Positions 32,364 to 43,945 of a stretch of DNA of 64,000 nucleotides are shown here, in pieces (the stretch's first letter is position 1; each line of letters starts with the position of its first letter). The notes under the pieces are model-generated. The model did not search any database. It was not told where the DNA came from and saw nothing but the letters and a program-made list of their open reading frames with translations. Source of the stretch: an uncultured Chloroflexia bacterium (GTDB lineage: Bacteria; Chloroflexota; Anaerolineae; CG2-30-64-16); assembly GCA_963810095.1 (NCBI GenBank), contig CAWEMM010000014.1, positions 256,001 to 320,000 of the forward strand, written 5' to 3'. The translations under genes and the position numbers were made by a program.

Positions 32364-35300
32364 CTATGCCCGGACCGGATGCACCACCATGAAAATTCTG
32401 CCGTCGCCGTCGCCTTCAGTGCGGCGCAACCGCACCTTCGCTGCAACTGCGCCCTTGTCCTTTAGACACAGTTCCAGGTCGAGCTGCGGGCTGTCGCCCC
32501 GGGCGGCCGCTTCGAGCGCCGCGCGGAGCCGCTCGTACGACCCGTCCTGCACCAACTCGGAAAGCCTTAACGACTGCAGTTCTTCGGCAGTATAGCCAAA
32601 CAGCGCCAGCGCGTCCCCGTTGGCGTCGGTGACCCGCCCATTCGAATGGACGACGATGGCCGGGTCGAACAGGCTCTCCACGCGCATGCGTCGTGCCTCG
32701 TCGAGCGCGGCCTGCATCTGCTTCTGCGCAGTGATGTCGACAAACGTCAGCACCGCGCCCTCGATGACGTTGTCCAGCGTGCGGTATGGCTGCAGGCGCA
32801 TCAGGTACCACTTGCCGTTGATCGCCTGGACCTCGCGTTCTTTCGGGATCAGCGTGTCGAGCACGGCGCCGATGTCGCGCATCAAGTCCGGGTAGTTTGC
32901 CAGGTTGGAAACGATATGCGCGGCGGGCCGGCCGATGTCGGTTTGGATCAAATTGATGATGTCCGTCGCGGCGGGCGTGAACCGCTGGATGCGCAGCGTG
33001 TGGTCCACGAAAACCGTGCCGATGCCGGTCCCCGCGAGGAGGTTGTTCAGGTCGTTGTTGAGCCGGGACAACTCCTCGATTTTCTTCTGCAGCTCGACGT
33101 TGACGGTCATCAGCTCTTCGTTGACCGACTGGAGCTCCTCTTTAGAAGTCTCGAGCTCTTCGTTGGTCGACTGCAATTCCTCGTTGGCCGACTGCAATTC
33201 CTCGTTGCTCGAGGTGAGTTCCTCGTTCGAGGTTTGCAGCTCTTCGACCGTGGCCTGCAGGGATTCTTCCTTCGTGCGCAGCTCGCGTTCGAGCGCGTGA
33301 ATGCGCTGGTCTTTATCGCCCACCGGCTGCCCCTGTTGCGGAGCACCCTCGGCCCCGGCAGGGGCGTGTTCTTCGGTTCGCACAGGCTGGAAGACGACCA
33401 GGTACAGCCCCTCGCGCGGCGCTTCGGTAAGCGGGCGCACGACGAGGTTGGTGATCTGCACCTCGCCGTTCACTGCGACCCGCAGGTCGCGGTGGATCAC
33501 CTTCTCCTGGGTCTGTTTCGCCTTGCGCAGGGCCGCGTTCAGGTCGAGCCGGATGCCCTCGCGCGCCATGCGCAGGATGTTCAGGCTCGCATCGCCCGGC
33601 GCGGGCTCCAGGTAGTAGCCTGTGCGGCCGTGGATGTAGATCACTTCACCTTCGGCGTTGACCACGACCGCGGGCGGCGCGTGCTGGGCCAACAGCACCT
33701 GTTCGATCACCTGCCGCATGTCCATCCGTTCTTCGCGTATGTCCCGTACAGGCCGCCGGGCGGGCATGTCGGCCAGCAGGGACGGGCGCGAGAAATCCAC
33801 AAGGGCGCGCCGAGGCAAGCCGCCGGCTTTGCCGCGTGTAGAGCTTGTGCTTCCGATCTGTGGTGGCGAACAGGTCTGTGAACTCGCCGATGCTCTCGGA
33901 GGTGCCCAGAAGCAGGTAACCGTTCGGGTTCAGGGCGTAGTGGAACAGGGGCAAGACCCGGCGTTGCAGGTCCGCGTTCATGTAGATCAGGACGTTGCGG
34001 CACGACACCAGGTCCATACGCGAGAAAGGCGGGTCCTCGGCCACGTTTTGCGCCGCAAAGACGACCATGTCGCGCACGACCTTTTTGAGCCGGAACGAAC
34101 CGCCATCGGCCACGAAAAAGCGCGACAGCCGCTCCTCGCTCACATCCGCCGCGATGCTGCTCGGGTATATGGACGTGCGCGCCAGGTCGAGCGCTTCCGC
34201 GTCGATGTCGGTGGCGAAGATCTGCACGGTCACCGCGGACCGGGTGTGGAGGCATGTGCTCCTGCAGCAGAATGGCGATGGAATACGCTTCTTCGCCCGT
34301 GGAACACCCCGGCACCCACACCCGCACCGTCTCGCCCATCTGCTTCTCGGCAAACAAGGCCGGTATGACGGTCTTTTCCAGCAGCGCAAACACCTCCGGG
34401 TCGCGGAAGAAGTTGGTAACGCCGATGAGCAGCTCCCGGAAGAGGATGACGACCTCTTCCGGGGTTTGCTGGAGGTAGGCGACGTAGGCCTCCAGGTTTT
34501 CGAACCGGTTGACGACCATGCGCCGGTCGATGCGCCGCACGATCGTGTTGCGCTTGTAGCGGGAGAAATCGTGGCCGGTCTGGGCGCGCAGCAGGCTGAA
34601 GAGCTTGCGGAGCGGTTCCGTGGACGTGCGCTGTCTCGGTCTCGCGGACATGCGGCAGCGAGGGCCGGCCCGACATCCGTTGCACATAGTCGGCGATGCG
34701 GTCGGCCATCTCCTGCGGCGGCAGCACGTAATCGGCGAGGCCGGTTTCGATTGCGCTGCGCGGCATACCGTCGTATTGCGCAGTCTCGGGCTGCTGCACC
34801 ACGACGAGGCCGTTGGCCTCTTTGACCGCCTTCAGGCCCAACGTCCCGTCGCTCCCCGTGCCCGACAGGATGACGACTACCCCGCGCTCGTTGCACTCGC
34901 TGCGCCATGGAGCGGAACAGGTAGTCGATGGGCAAGCGGGGCCTGCCGGGGTTCTCCGGCTCAATCGGGTTCAGCATCCCGTTTGCCAGGCCAATGTCGG
35001 CGTTCGGGGGGATGACGTAGACGTTGCCGGGTTTCACGCGTGTCGGGCCGACGACCTCTTGCACCGGCATGCTTGTGTACCGGCTGATCAGTTCGGTTAG
35101 CATGCTCTCGCGGTTCGGCGCGAGGTGCTGCACGACGACGAACGCGAGCAATTCGGCTGCGTAGTGGGGCACGCCGGCAAAGAACTGCTCGATCGCGGCC
35201 AGTCCGCCCGCCGATGCTCCGATCCCGACGACAGGACAGGTCAGGTCCGCCCGCCGTTCGCCGCCGGCCCACAGGCCGGCGGCCCCAGCCGCGCTCTCCG

Positions 35301-35398
35301 CTGGACGCCCCATCTGCCTGTTTATCCTCTACGCCGGGCACGGCCTGCTCTTGCGGGCCGTTTTCGGGGCTACCGCCCGATCTCAGTTCATCGTCCAT
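32364..35398 (-). CDS. CheB-CheR-PAS fusion protein (several frameshifts)
   Basis: CheB GIGASAGG, QHL, ILSGTGSDG; CheR VTNFFRD, WVPGCSTGEEAYS, CRNVLIY; EELQSxN coiled coil; two PAS domains. Confidence 0.92.
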
Positions 35399-35439
35399 GA
35401 CGGTACTTTCTTTTCACAGCGACCCGACATTTTGCTAAG

Positions 35440-36087
35440 TCAAGTAGGGACGCAGTTCAGCCGGCACGAGGCCCTGCCGGGTGGCGTAGAGCACCGCGAG
35501 GGCCCGGCCGGCAGGCTGAGTCGCTGCATCAGCGCCTCGAGCCGTCTGTCGACCTCATCCGGAGCCAGCGACATTTGCGCCGCGATCTCATCCGTCGAGT
35601 GCTCGCGGGCCAGCAGCGACAGGAGCTGCCGGTCTTCCTGGCTCAGGCCGTCCCCGCCGCCGTCCGGCGTGGGGACATCGCGCATGAGCCGCCCCGCGCT
35701 GTCGGGTGCAAAGCGCACCCGGCCCTCGGCCGCCGCCAGAACGGCCTGGCGCAGGTCGTCGGGCCGGGTGTCTTTCAAGACATACCCGATCGCGCCCGCC
35801 TCGATCGCCCGGTGTACCCCGCCTTCCTCCACGACGCTCGTCATGGCCACGATGTGAGCGCGGGGCAGTGCGCGGCGCAGCTGCCGGGTGGCCTCGACGC
35901 CGTCCATGGCCGGCATGAGCAGGTCCATCAATATGACGTCGGGACGCAGGTCTTGTGCGAGCTCGAGGGCTTCCTCGCCGTTGCGCGCCTCGCCGACGAT
36001 GGTTACTTCGGGGTCGCTGTCGAAGAACATCTCCAGCCCTTGCCGGACCATGCTGTGGTCATCCGCCACCAGGACTCGAATGGGCAT
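35440..36087 (-). CDS. NarL/FixJ family response regulator (probable frameshift near 35500)
   Basis: IRVLVADDH, PDVILMDLLMP, GAIGYVLKD, LuxR-like C-terminus. Confidence 0.9.
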   Translation of the reverse strand: MPIRVLVADDHSMVRQGLEMFFDSDPEVTIVGEARNGEEALELAQDLRPDVILMDLLMPAMDGVEATRQLRRALPRAHIVAMTSVVEEGGVHRAIEAGAIGYVLKDTRPDDLRQAVLAAAEGRVRFAPDSAGRLMRDVPTPDGGGDGLSQEDRQLLSLLAREHSTDEIAAQMSLAPDEVDRRLEALMQRLSLPAGPSRCSTPPGRASCRLNCVPT

Positions 36088-36279
36088 AGAAAATCCTCCG
36101 GCCGCGTGAATACGCCTGTAGCAGCGTTTACTTGATTATATCCCATCCGGAGGGCGAATTCAATATGCTTATTGAGGGAGATAGGGGAGTGGTATCAAAA
36201 AGTGTTGAACCAGATCGGCCGAGCTTTGACGCCGATAGGCTTTGGGTGGGGGGCCGGCCGCCCCCAACCGAGGTTGCTG

Positions 36280-36978
36280 CTAGATATGACTGCCGCCCGC
36301 CTCTACCCAGGCGTCCGCAGTCTGAGGGTCATCTTCCAACCGCATGTGCGACATGGATGCTTCGAGCGCGACCACCCGGGCGGTCAGGTGGCGCATCAGC
36401 TCGTTGTTCGGGTCGGGCAGGCGGTCGTGGTGCAGGTCGATGCGCTCCGGCTCCGGATCGTCCCCGTTGCGGCTCTTGATCCGCCCGGGCACGCCCACCA
36501 CCACAGAATGGGCCGGCACGTCCTTCACCACCACCGAGTTCGCGCCGATGCGGCTGTGTGCGCCGACGAGGATGGGGCCGAGCACCTGCGCGCCTGCGCC
36601 AACCACGACGTGGTCCTCCAGCGTCGGGTGCCGCTTGACCTTCTCCCAGCTCACGCCGCCGAGCGTCACGTTGTGGTACAACGTCACGTCGTCGCCGATT
36701 TCGGCCGTCTCGCCGATCACCGTGCCCATGCCGTGGTCGATGAATAAGCCCCGCCCGATCTGCGCGCCGGGATGGATTTCGATTCCGGTAAAGAAACGCG
36801 AGATGTTGCTCACCAGCCGCGCCAGCCACTTGAACCCGTTCGTCCACAGCGCGTGCGCGACCCGATGCGCCCACAGTGCGTGCAGCCCGGGGTACAGAAA
36901 CAAGACCTCCCAAACCGTTCGTGCGGCCGGGTCCCGGTCAAAGACCACCTGAATATCGCGGCGAAGTGTTCCCAACAT
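36280..36978 (-). CDS. cysE: serine O-acetyltransferase
   Basis: [40 protein letters not shown]. Confidence 0.97.
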   Translation of the reverse strand: MLGTLRRDIQVVFDRDPAARTVWEVLFLYPGLHALWAHRVAHALWTNGFKWLARLVSNISRFFTGIEIHPGAQIGRGLFIDHGMGTVIGETAEIGDDVTLYHNVTLGGVSWEKVKRHPTLEDHVVVGAGAQVLGPILVGAHSRIGANSVVVKDVPAHSVVVGVPGRIKSRNGDDPEPERIDLHHDRLPDPNNELMRHLTARVVALEASMSHMRLEDDPQTADAWVEAGGSHI

Positions 36979-37002
36979 CTTCTCGCTCTCCTATGCACGG
37001 AT

Positions 37003-37072
37003 TAACACAAGGGCACAAAGACACAAAGAAAAGCTCGTCGATAAATCTCTGTGTCTTCGTGTCTTTGTGTTA
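37003..37072. repeat. palindrome with 8-nt periodic ACACAAAG arms
   Basis: ACACAAGG-GCACAAAG-ACACAAAG ... CTCTGTGT-CTTCGTGT-CTTTGTGT between cysK and cysE. Confidence 0.85.
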
Positions 37073-37077
37073 GCTCG

Positions 37078-38040
37078 TCACCCTTCCAGGTCCGCAAACA
37101 GCACCGTGCTCAAGTACCGCTCGCCGTTCGAGGGCACGATGACCACGATGCGCTTGCCGGCATTTTCCGGCCGCCGTGCGATCTGCACGGCCGCGTGAAC
37201 CGCCGCGCCCGAGCTGATGCCGACCAGCAGCCCCTCTTCCCGCGGCAGCCGGCGGGCCATCGTCAGCGCCTCGTCGTTCGTCACCTTGACGATCTCGTCG
37301 ATCAGCCCCGTGTCGAGCACTGCAGGCACGAACCCCGCGCCGATGCCCTGGATCTTGTGCGGGCCGGGCTGGCCGCCCGACAGGACCGCCGAGTCCGTCG
37401 GCTCGACGGCCACGATCTTGACGTCTGGCCGGCGCTCCTTGAGCACCCGGCCGACGCCCGTCAGGGTGCCGCCCGTGCCGACGCCCGAGACGAAAATGTC
37501 GACCTGCCCGCCCGTGTCCCGCCAGATCTCCTCGGCCGTCGTGCGCTCATGGACGGCCGGGTTCGCCGGGTTTTCGAACTGCTGCGGGATGAAATAGTGT
37601 TCGTCGTCCGAGGCCAATTCGTATGCCTTGCGGATCGCACCCTTCATGCCCTCGGCCGCCGGAGTCAGGATCAACTGCGCGCCGTACGCCCGCAGGAGCT
37701 TGCGGCGCTCGAGGCTGGCGCTTTCGGGCATGATCAGCACGCACTTGTAGCCCTTGGCCGCCGCGACCATGGCGAGGCCGATGCCGGTATTCCCACTCGT
37801 CGGCTCCAGGATCACCGTGTCGGGTCCCATCTTGCCGGCCGCCTCGGCCGCCTCGATCATGCTGAGGCCGATGCGGTCCTTCACGCTGCCGCCCGGGTTC
37901 TGGTACTCCAGCTTGGCCAGCACTTCCGCGCCTGCATCCCGGGTCACCCGGTGCAGCCGCACCAGCGGCGTGTTGCCGATCAGCTCCGTCACGTCGTCCG
38001 CGATCCGGGGTGAAACCTTGTCGATCGTAGTCATCCTCAT
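37078..38040 (-). CDS. cysK: cysteine synthase A
   Basis: [19 protein letters not shown] lysine, [31 protein letters not shown]. Confidence 0.97.
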   Translation of the reverse strand: MRMTTIDKVSPRIADDVTELIGNTPLVRLHRVTRDAGAEVLAKLEYQNPGGSVKDRIGLSMIEAAEAAGKMGPDTVILEPTSGNTGIGLAMVAAAKGYKCVLIMPESASLERRKLLRAYGAQLILTPAAEGMKGAIRKAYELASDDEHYFIPQQFENPANPAVHERTTAEEIWRDTGGQVDIFVSGVGTGGTLTGVGRVLKERRPDVKIVAVEPTDSAVLSGGQPGPHKIQGIGAGFVPAVLDTGLIDEIVKVTNDEALTMARRLPREEGLLVGISSGAAVHAAVQIARRPENAGKRIVVIVPSNGERYLSTVLFADLEG

Positions 38041-38100
38041 ACTCCTGCAATCTGTCTATCCTGTTTGAGAGGCCGCATTGGCCTCGGCGGGTTACCGAAC

Positions 38101-38142
38101 ACAAAAAAGACTCATCCGGGCCGTGCGCCCTGCGATGAGTCT
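38101..38142 (-). terminator. intrinsic terminator inside the cysK 5' leader
   Basis: AGACTCATC-GCAGGGCGCACGGCCCG-GATGAGTCT then TTTTTGT, about 60 nt upstream of cysK. Confidence 0.85.
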
Positions 38143-38328
38143 CATCCCTCTGGGGGAAGCGGCCAGGCGAGGGAATGCCTCATCCTGCCGCTGCAGTTAT
38201 TTCAGTCAGGCCGGGCGCTCCGCCGCACTTCGGCACGCCACCCGTCCGCCAACTGATCCCGAGTCCATCGCAGTACACGCGCTGGTCTAGCGGGAGCGAG
38301 TGCACCTTGCCTGGCGGCAAGGTGTCAA

Positions 38329-38397
38329 TCACTCCCGCCCAAGACACGAGCAAGCGCGTGCCTGTGAGCCCGGAAGTTGACGTACCATAATTTTCAC
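38329..38397 (-). CDS. putative Cys-containing leader peptide MKIMVRQLPGSQARACSCLGRE
   Basis: TAAGG RBS, GTG start (in-frame ATG at 38388), TGC and TGT codons, TGA at 38329-38331; overlaps the 5' strand of a long hairpin. Confidence 0.5.
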   Translation of the reverse strand: MKIMVRQLPGSQARACSCLGRE

Positions 38398-38417
38398 AGC
38401 TTTACCTTACTAAAATC

Positions 38418-38446
38418 ATTCTACCGTACTGTGTGATGGAAGTCAA
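38418..38446 (-). promoter_or_regulatory. sigma70-type promoter of the cysK-cysE leader
   Basis: TTGACT-17 nt-TAGAAT; flanked by inverted CCTTACT...AGTAAGG. Confidence 0.8.
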
Positions 38447-38465
38447 GTAAGGAATATCACGGCCC

Positions 38466-38499
38466 AGAAACCAGGTTTCTCCGAGAAACCCGGGTTTCT
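38466..38499. repeat. tandem AGAAACC(N)GGTTTCT palindromes
   Basis: AGAAACCAGGTTTCT-CCG-AGAAACCCGGGTTTCT directly after a stop codon. Confidence 0.75.
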
Positions 38500-38881
38500 T
38501 CAGCCGGCGGCGATTCTGAATGCGCGCACGACCGGCCGGTCCGGGTCGGCCAGGCTGACGATGATGTACACGGCGTCATAGAACGCCAGCTTCACGTCGG
38601 TTTCCGAGGGGGTTTCGGGTCCTTGGGGGTGCGAGTGGTAGATGGCGGTCAATTCGAGCCCGCGGTCCTCGAATTCGATCTGGAGGGCCAGCGTCTCGTG
38701 GTCCAGCTCGTACGCCACCCGAGGGGTAGGCGAGATGTTCCGCCCCCGGTGCACGGCCACGGGCACACCCGCCCGGCCCGAGATCAGCCCGCACACCTCT
38801 TCCGGATAGCCCGTCCAGCGCGTGCGCGACGATCTCGGCCTCCAGTGCGGGCGAGAGCCGGAACGGGACTTCCTCTACCAT
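38500..38881 (-). CDS. M67/JAMM (MPN+) metallopeptidase, Mec-like (frameshift near 38810)
   Basis: PEEVCGL and YHSHP...PSETD JAMM motif; YIIVSL. Confidence 0.9.
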
Positions 38882-39517
38882 TCGGCCTCGTTGAGGAACG
38901 GGTTTGTCCGCCGCTCGGCGCCCACCGTCGTGGCTTCGCCGTGCCCCGACAGGACCGCGTAGTCATCCGGCAGGCTGAGAATGTTCGTCCGGATGCTGGC
39001 GAGCAGCGTGGAGAGGTTGCCGCCCGGGAAGTCAGTGCGCCCGATGGAACCCGCAAAGAGCGCGTCGCCGGTGAAGGCCCGCCTGCCGGCGTGATCGACC
39101 AGGGTCACGCTGCCCGGCGAGTGCCCCGGCGTGTGGCGCACCTCCAGCTGAAGACCGCCCGCGTCGATCACCTCGCCCGCCCTCAGGTAGGCCGACACGG
39201 CCGGCGGTTCGCCCGGGTCATAGCCGAGCCATGCCTGGCAGGTCGCCTGCATGGCGGCGAGCAGGGGCACGTCGGCCTCGTGCATGGAAAACGGCGCGCC
39301 GGTCAGCTTCTGGAGGGCCCGGCAGGCCAGCAGGTGGTCGAAATGGGCGTGCGTCGCGAGGATGTGGACCACGTTGAGCTCGCTGCGCTTGAGCTGCGGC
39401 AAGGATCTGGGCCGCGTCGTCGCCGGGATCGATGACAATCGCGCTCCGTGACGCCTCGCTCCCCAGGATGTAGCAGTTCACTTGTAACATGCCGACCGGC
39501 AGGGTCTTCAAGATCAT
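38875..39517 (-). CDS. MBL-fold metallo-hydrolase, glyoxalase II-like (frameshift near 39400)
   Basis: NCYIL, IDPG, THAHFDH, HTPGHSPG, FTGDALF..SIGRTD, SGHG. Confidence 0.92.
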
Positions 39518-39542
39518 TCGCGCCTCTGTTTTCAATCGCTTC

Positions 39543-39630
39543 ACCACAAAGGCACCAAGACACGAAGGTACCAAGACACGAAGGTACAGGGAGGTCTTTG
39601 GGAGGCTTGGTGTCTTCGTGTCTTTGTGGT
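39543..39630. repeat. palindrome with 8-nt periodic ACACGAAG/CACCAAG arms
   Basis: ACCACAAAG-GCACCAAG-ACACGAAG-GTACCAAG-ACACGAAG ... CTTGGTGT-CTTCGTGT-CTTTGTGGT. Confidence 0.85.
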
Positions 39631-42099
39631 TAGTTTGGTCTTTCCACCCGCACGCTGCCCAGGTAGGCGCTGCCGGCGGGCGTTTCATTGTCGGGCAGCA
39701 GCGTCAGGCTCAAGCGGTAGGTGTCGGGGGGCAGGTCGGCCGGAATCGCCAAGTCGTGTTCGCCGCGCACGATCTCGCCTTCCTGCCACATGGTCGTCAG
39801 GTACGTCTCACTCACCAGCGGCGCAGTCAGTTGCGCGACGCTCTTGCCGGCCGAGTCGTTCAGCGACAACTCGAACCACCAGTCTGCGCGGGGGGCCACG
39901 TTCGCCCGCCAGTAGAAGGTCAGGTGGAGCAGGTCGCCGGGCTTGACCGGGGTCTCGGGCGCATGGCCGAACCCCCGCTTGTACCGGTCGTGTCCGAGCA
40001 GGCTGATCGCGCCGAAGTCGAAGCGCTGGCGGTTCTGCATTTCGAGCGCGTCGAGGGGGGAGGCGTCTTGGCGCGCTGCACGTTGATGGGCGGCAGGCTG
40101 ATGTAATCGCTCTCCCCGAAGAACCGGCGTCCGCCAGCTTCAGCCGCTCGCCCGTCTCGGCGTCGTACATGCCCAGGATACGCCGGTAGCTGCCCGGCGG
40201 CGTGCCCGGCGGGATGAGCACCCCGTGGTTGTCGACGACGGTCTCGCCCGGCCTTCCACGTCGTCGTCGGCCGGCTCTCGCCCGCTGGCTCCGCGTCGCG
40301 CTGCGCGATGACCTGGTTGCGCGGGTCGAGCAGCTGCAGGAACACCTTGTAACGCCGGTCGGGCTGCTGCTCGGCCGCCCACTGCAGCTGCACCTGCGTG
40401 ACCTCACCCGCCACCGGCGCGAGGTTCCAACCCTCGTACCCCTTGAGCGTGATACCGTTGCTCAGCCGGGCATTGAGGTCGTCGACGAATTCTTCGGGCG
40501 AGTTGCGCTCGGGCATCACATACACGGCGAGTCGCACGTTCCCGTGCCACTGGTCGAGCGTCTTGTACCCGCGCTGATCCAGCCAGTTCTCGATCACGCC
40601 CTCCGGGTCGGCCTCGCCGGCCCCCCAGTAGAGCGCGTAGATCTTGTCGTGCTGCAGCAGCCCTTCCATCTCGGCCAGCGTCTGCTGGGGGTCCATCGGC
40701 CGCTGTTTGGGCAGCGTGTAAACCGGCAGATCGCCCTTGTAGTAATAGTCGAACACTTCGCCCTGGCCGGGCGCGTCGAGCAGGATCGCGTCGTTGGACT
40801 GGGCGGTCGCCACGATGAACTGGCTCATTCCCCGGTAGTCGTCGCGTGCGGCGGAGGGATCGTTCCAGTACGTTGCCAGCGCGCCGGACGACCCGGCAAA
40901 TACCGCTGCAAGGCTCACGCCGACCCAGGCGACCGTCAGGACATTGCGCACGATAACGCTCGGCCTGGGCCGGTCGAGCAGCAGCCAGCCGGCCGGCCCC
41001 GTGACCCCCCGGCCGAGCAACAGCACGAACGCGGGGCTGCCGATCAGCAAGAACTTCAGGTAGGCGCCCCGGAACAGGCCCAGCACCAGGATCATCGCGA
41101 TCGGCGCCAACATCCACGCCAGGGGCAGCACGCACCTGATCCAGTCCATCCGCGGGCTGCCGGCCTGGTCGCGCCGGCTCAGGTAGGGCCAAGGGAGCGC
41201 GCCGAGCAGGGCCAGCACAAACGACACGCCCACCCAGGGCAGCAGCGACCCGGCCGGGATGGGGCCAAACGCCGTCGTCGTGAGCAGCGTCCGGATTTGC
41301 TCTGCCAGGGGCGCGCCGCCTGCGGGTGTGGGCCACGCGCTCAACTGGCGCACTGCTGTCGCCAGCCAGGGAGCGTACAGCCCCAACGTGATGCCGAGAA
41401 AGATCAGCCAGCGCAGGATGCGCGAGCCGACGCATCCCCGTCGCCGAGTGGCAACCAGCCACACGCCGTACAGCCCCGACGACAGCGCGATGATCAGGGG
41501 GAAGGCATAGTGTGTGTAGAGCCCGGCGGTCCAGGCCAGGATCAGGAGTTGGCCCGAGAACGGCAGCCAGCGTACACCGCAGGGGCGCTCGTTCTCCTGC
41601 CGGGGTCACTTCGCAGCGGCAGACGCCGGTCCTCCTGGCTCATCAGCCAGAAGAAGAGCAGCATCGCCACTGCAGCTTCGAGCGCCAGCAGGATGTACAT
41701 CCGCGCTTCCTGGCTGTAGTAGATCTGGAAGGGCGCGAGCGCGGCGAACAGCCCGGCAAGGAGGCCGGTCAGCACGCCGTGGAGCCGGCGGCCAAACTCG
41801 GCCACGGCCAGGACGAGCAGCACCCCCAGCACCGCGCTGAGCGAGCGCAGCGCAGCTTCGGAGAACCCGAAAATCGAGGTCCAGAGGTGCAGCAGCCAGT
41901 AGTACAGGGGAGGGTGGATGTCGTTCGCCGCGTCCTGGGTGATCCGCGCCAGCGAGCGGCCGGCGAGCGCGACGCTGTTGCCTTCGTCGGCCCACAGGCT
42001 TTGGCTGTCGAGCTGGTAGAAACGCAGCCCCGCTGCAATGCCGAGGATCAGCAGGAGCAGCAGGATCAGCAGGCGGGCGTCCCGGTTGGGTGGCTTCAT
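39630..42099 (-). CDS. GT-C (family 39/PMT_2-like) membrane glycosyltransferase with C-terminal extracellular domains (frameshifted)
   Basis: SLWADE, DIHPPLYY, LRSLS, YYSQEARMY, YTHY; C-terminal YKVFLQL..Q.D..P...TTW..GE domains. Confidence 0.85.
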
Positions 42100-42103
42100 T
42101 GCG

Positions 42104-43925
42104 CTACCCTCTAATGCCTCTCCAGAGAAGTCGACGCGGATAGACGGGCGGCTCGTCAGAAGGGGGCGGCGCTGGCGGCGGCGCCTTTGGCTTGCGGTAG
42201 GCGCGCACCAGGCGTCGTGCGGTCGCGATCAGCAGGAACAGCGCGGCGACGGCCAATACGGCGGGCGCCACCCAGCGCAGCCAGCACGGGCCACTCGTTG
42301 CGGACGGTCAAGGCGGCCAGGCCCGCATGTCCCCCGACCACTTCGATCTTCGCCGCGTGCTTGCCGGCAGGCAGCTCGCGCGCCGCCCAGGCCAGCTCGG
42401 AGCCCATCGTCACCGTCACCGCCGGGCGGTCGTCGATCTGCACGCGCAGGCTGCCATCGCAGGTCGTCCCCGCCGGGCAAGCCGTTTGCAGGCGCAGGGC
42501 GGTCCCGTCGAAGTCGAACCACAGGGTCGATCCTGGCCCCCCGCTGCGCACCGAGCCGTAGGGCGCGGCGGGTGCATCCACGGTCTGCCAGGCGCCGCGC
42601 TCGGTAATCGCCCAACCCTCGGGCTGGTGCATGCCCGGCGACAGCACCGGCTGCACGCCGGTCAAATGCTGTTTGACGCTATCATACACCGGCTGCAGCT
42701 TGAAGTCAGGATCGGCAAGCCGGAAATACGCCTCGGGCCGTTTCGCCTTGAGCCAGTCGTCGGTGGCGCGCTTGAAGTACCACGTGTTAAGCACGCCCAC
42801 CCACGGCCACTCGGCTTCGGCCCGGTCGTAGGCCAGCGCGGTATAGCGCCCCTGCTGCTCGGGTGTGACCCGGCCGAAACGCTGATCCGGCGCATCCGCC
42901 GGCACCGTGTTCCAGCCCAACTCGCTGATCCACAGCGGCTTGTTCGCGTCGCCGTTCTTCACCATCAGGTCGCGAATGAACTCGGGCCGGGCGAAGTTCA
43001 TGACCCGGGGGTGCATGCGGTGATCGGTGGGCCCCGACCACAACCCGTAGGCTTGCATGGCCATGATGTCGAAGTAGGGGGCTGCGCCGGCATCGTACAT
43101 GCGCTGGAGGTAGATCAGGTCGTTGACCGCGTTGCCCGGCGCCGGGGCGTCCGGCGCCAACTCGATGGTGCTGGCGAGCGCGCCGGCAATAATCACCGCA
43201 TTCGGATCGGCCTCGCGGGCGCGCGTCGCGCCGACCTTGAGCAGGCGGGTATAGTCTTCGGGACTGATCGGGTAATTGCCCCACTCGGGGTAGATGTTGG
43301 GCTCGTTCCAGAGTTGGTAGTACTTGATGCGCCCCTTGTAGCGGCTGACCAGCTGGTAGACGAAGTCGCCGAAATCGTCGTAGTTGTCGGGCGGGGCGAA
43401 GGTGCCCACCTCGTCGCCCTTCGCGCGCGTCCAGGCGGGCGGCGTGCTGACGCGGACGATGAGCTCCATGCCGTACTTCTCGGCCAGGTCCACGATCTGG
43501 TCGTACTTCTCCCACGACGACTTCACGGGCTGGTTGCGACGATCCTCGAAGTCGCCTTTGCCGTGAATCTCGATGTCCTGCCAGGGGAACTCCTGCCGCA
43601 GCCAGTGGTATCCCGCGTCTTTGGCCAGCCGCACCGTCTGCTCGCGCTTGGCGGGCTCGACTTCCTCGTTGAGAAAGACATTGACGCCGTACGGGTTGAG
43701 GTTCGCGTACTTGACCGGCGCTTCGGGCGCCAGGTCGAGCCGGGGCCGGAGCAGGTCGGCCGAGAGGTCGGTGAGGGCCTTCAGTTGTGAGAAGAGCGCT
43801 TCTTCGCCGGTGAGGTTAAAGAGAAAGTTGCGGAAGGCATGGCGCCCACCGTACACGCCGAGGGCGAGCACGACGATCAGCAGCAGCCAGCCCAACTGGC
43901 GAAGGGGAGAACGGCGTCGAGTCAT
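42104..43925 (-). CDS. membrane-anchored clan-A glycoside hydrolase (GH5/GH39-like; frameshift near 42260)
   Basis: WLRQEFPW, YQLWNEPN acid/base, LWISELGW nucleophile; N- and C-terminal TM helices. Confidence 0.88.
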
Positions 43926-43945
43926 GAAGTAGTCAGGTCAGGGCT

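Noticed and set aside
33100-33260. 21-bp tandem repeats
   Set aside because: They encode the NEELQS heptads normal for CheB-CheR fusions
38150-38290. tmRNA-like words (GCGTGCCGAAG, AAATAACTGCA, GGACTCGGG), T-box or SAM-I riboswitch in the cysK leader
   Set aside because: No T arm, acceptor stem or plausible tag ORF; GGGTGG is not followed by NACC; no SAM-I P1 or core motifs. An Rfam scan is still advisable
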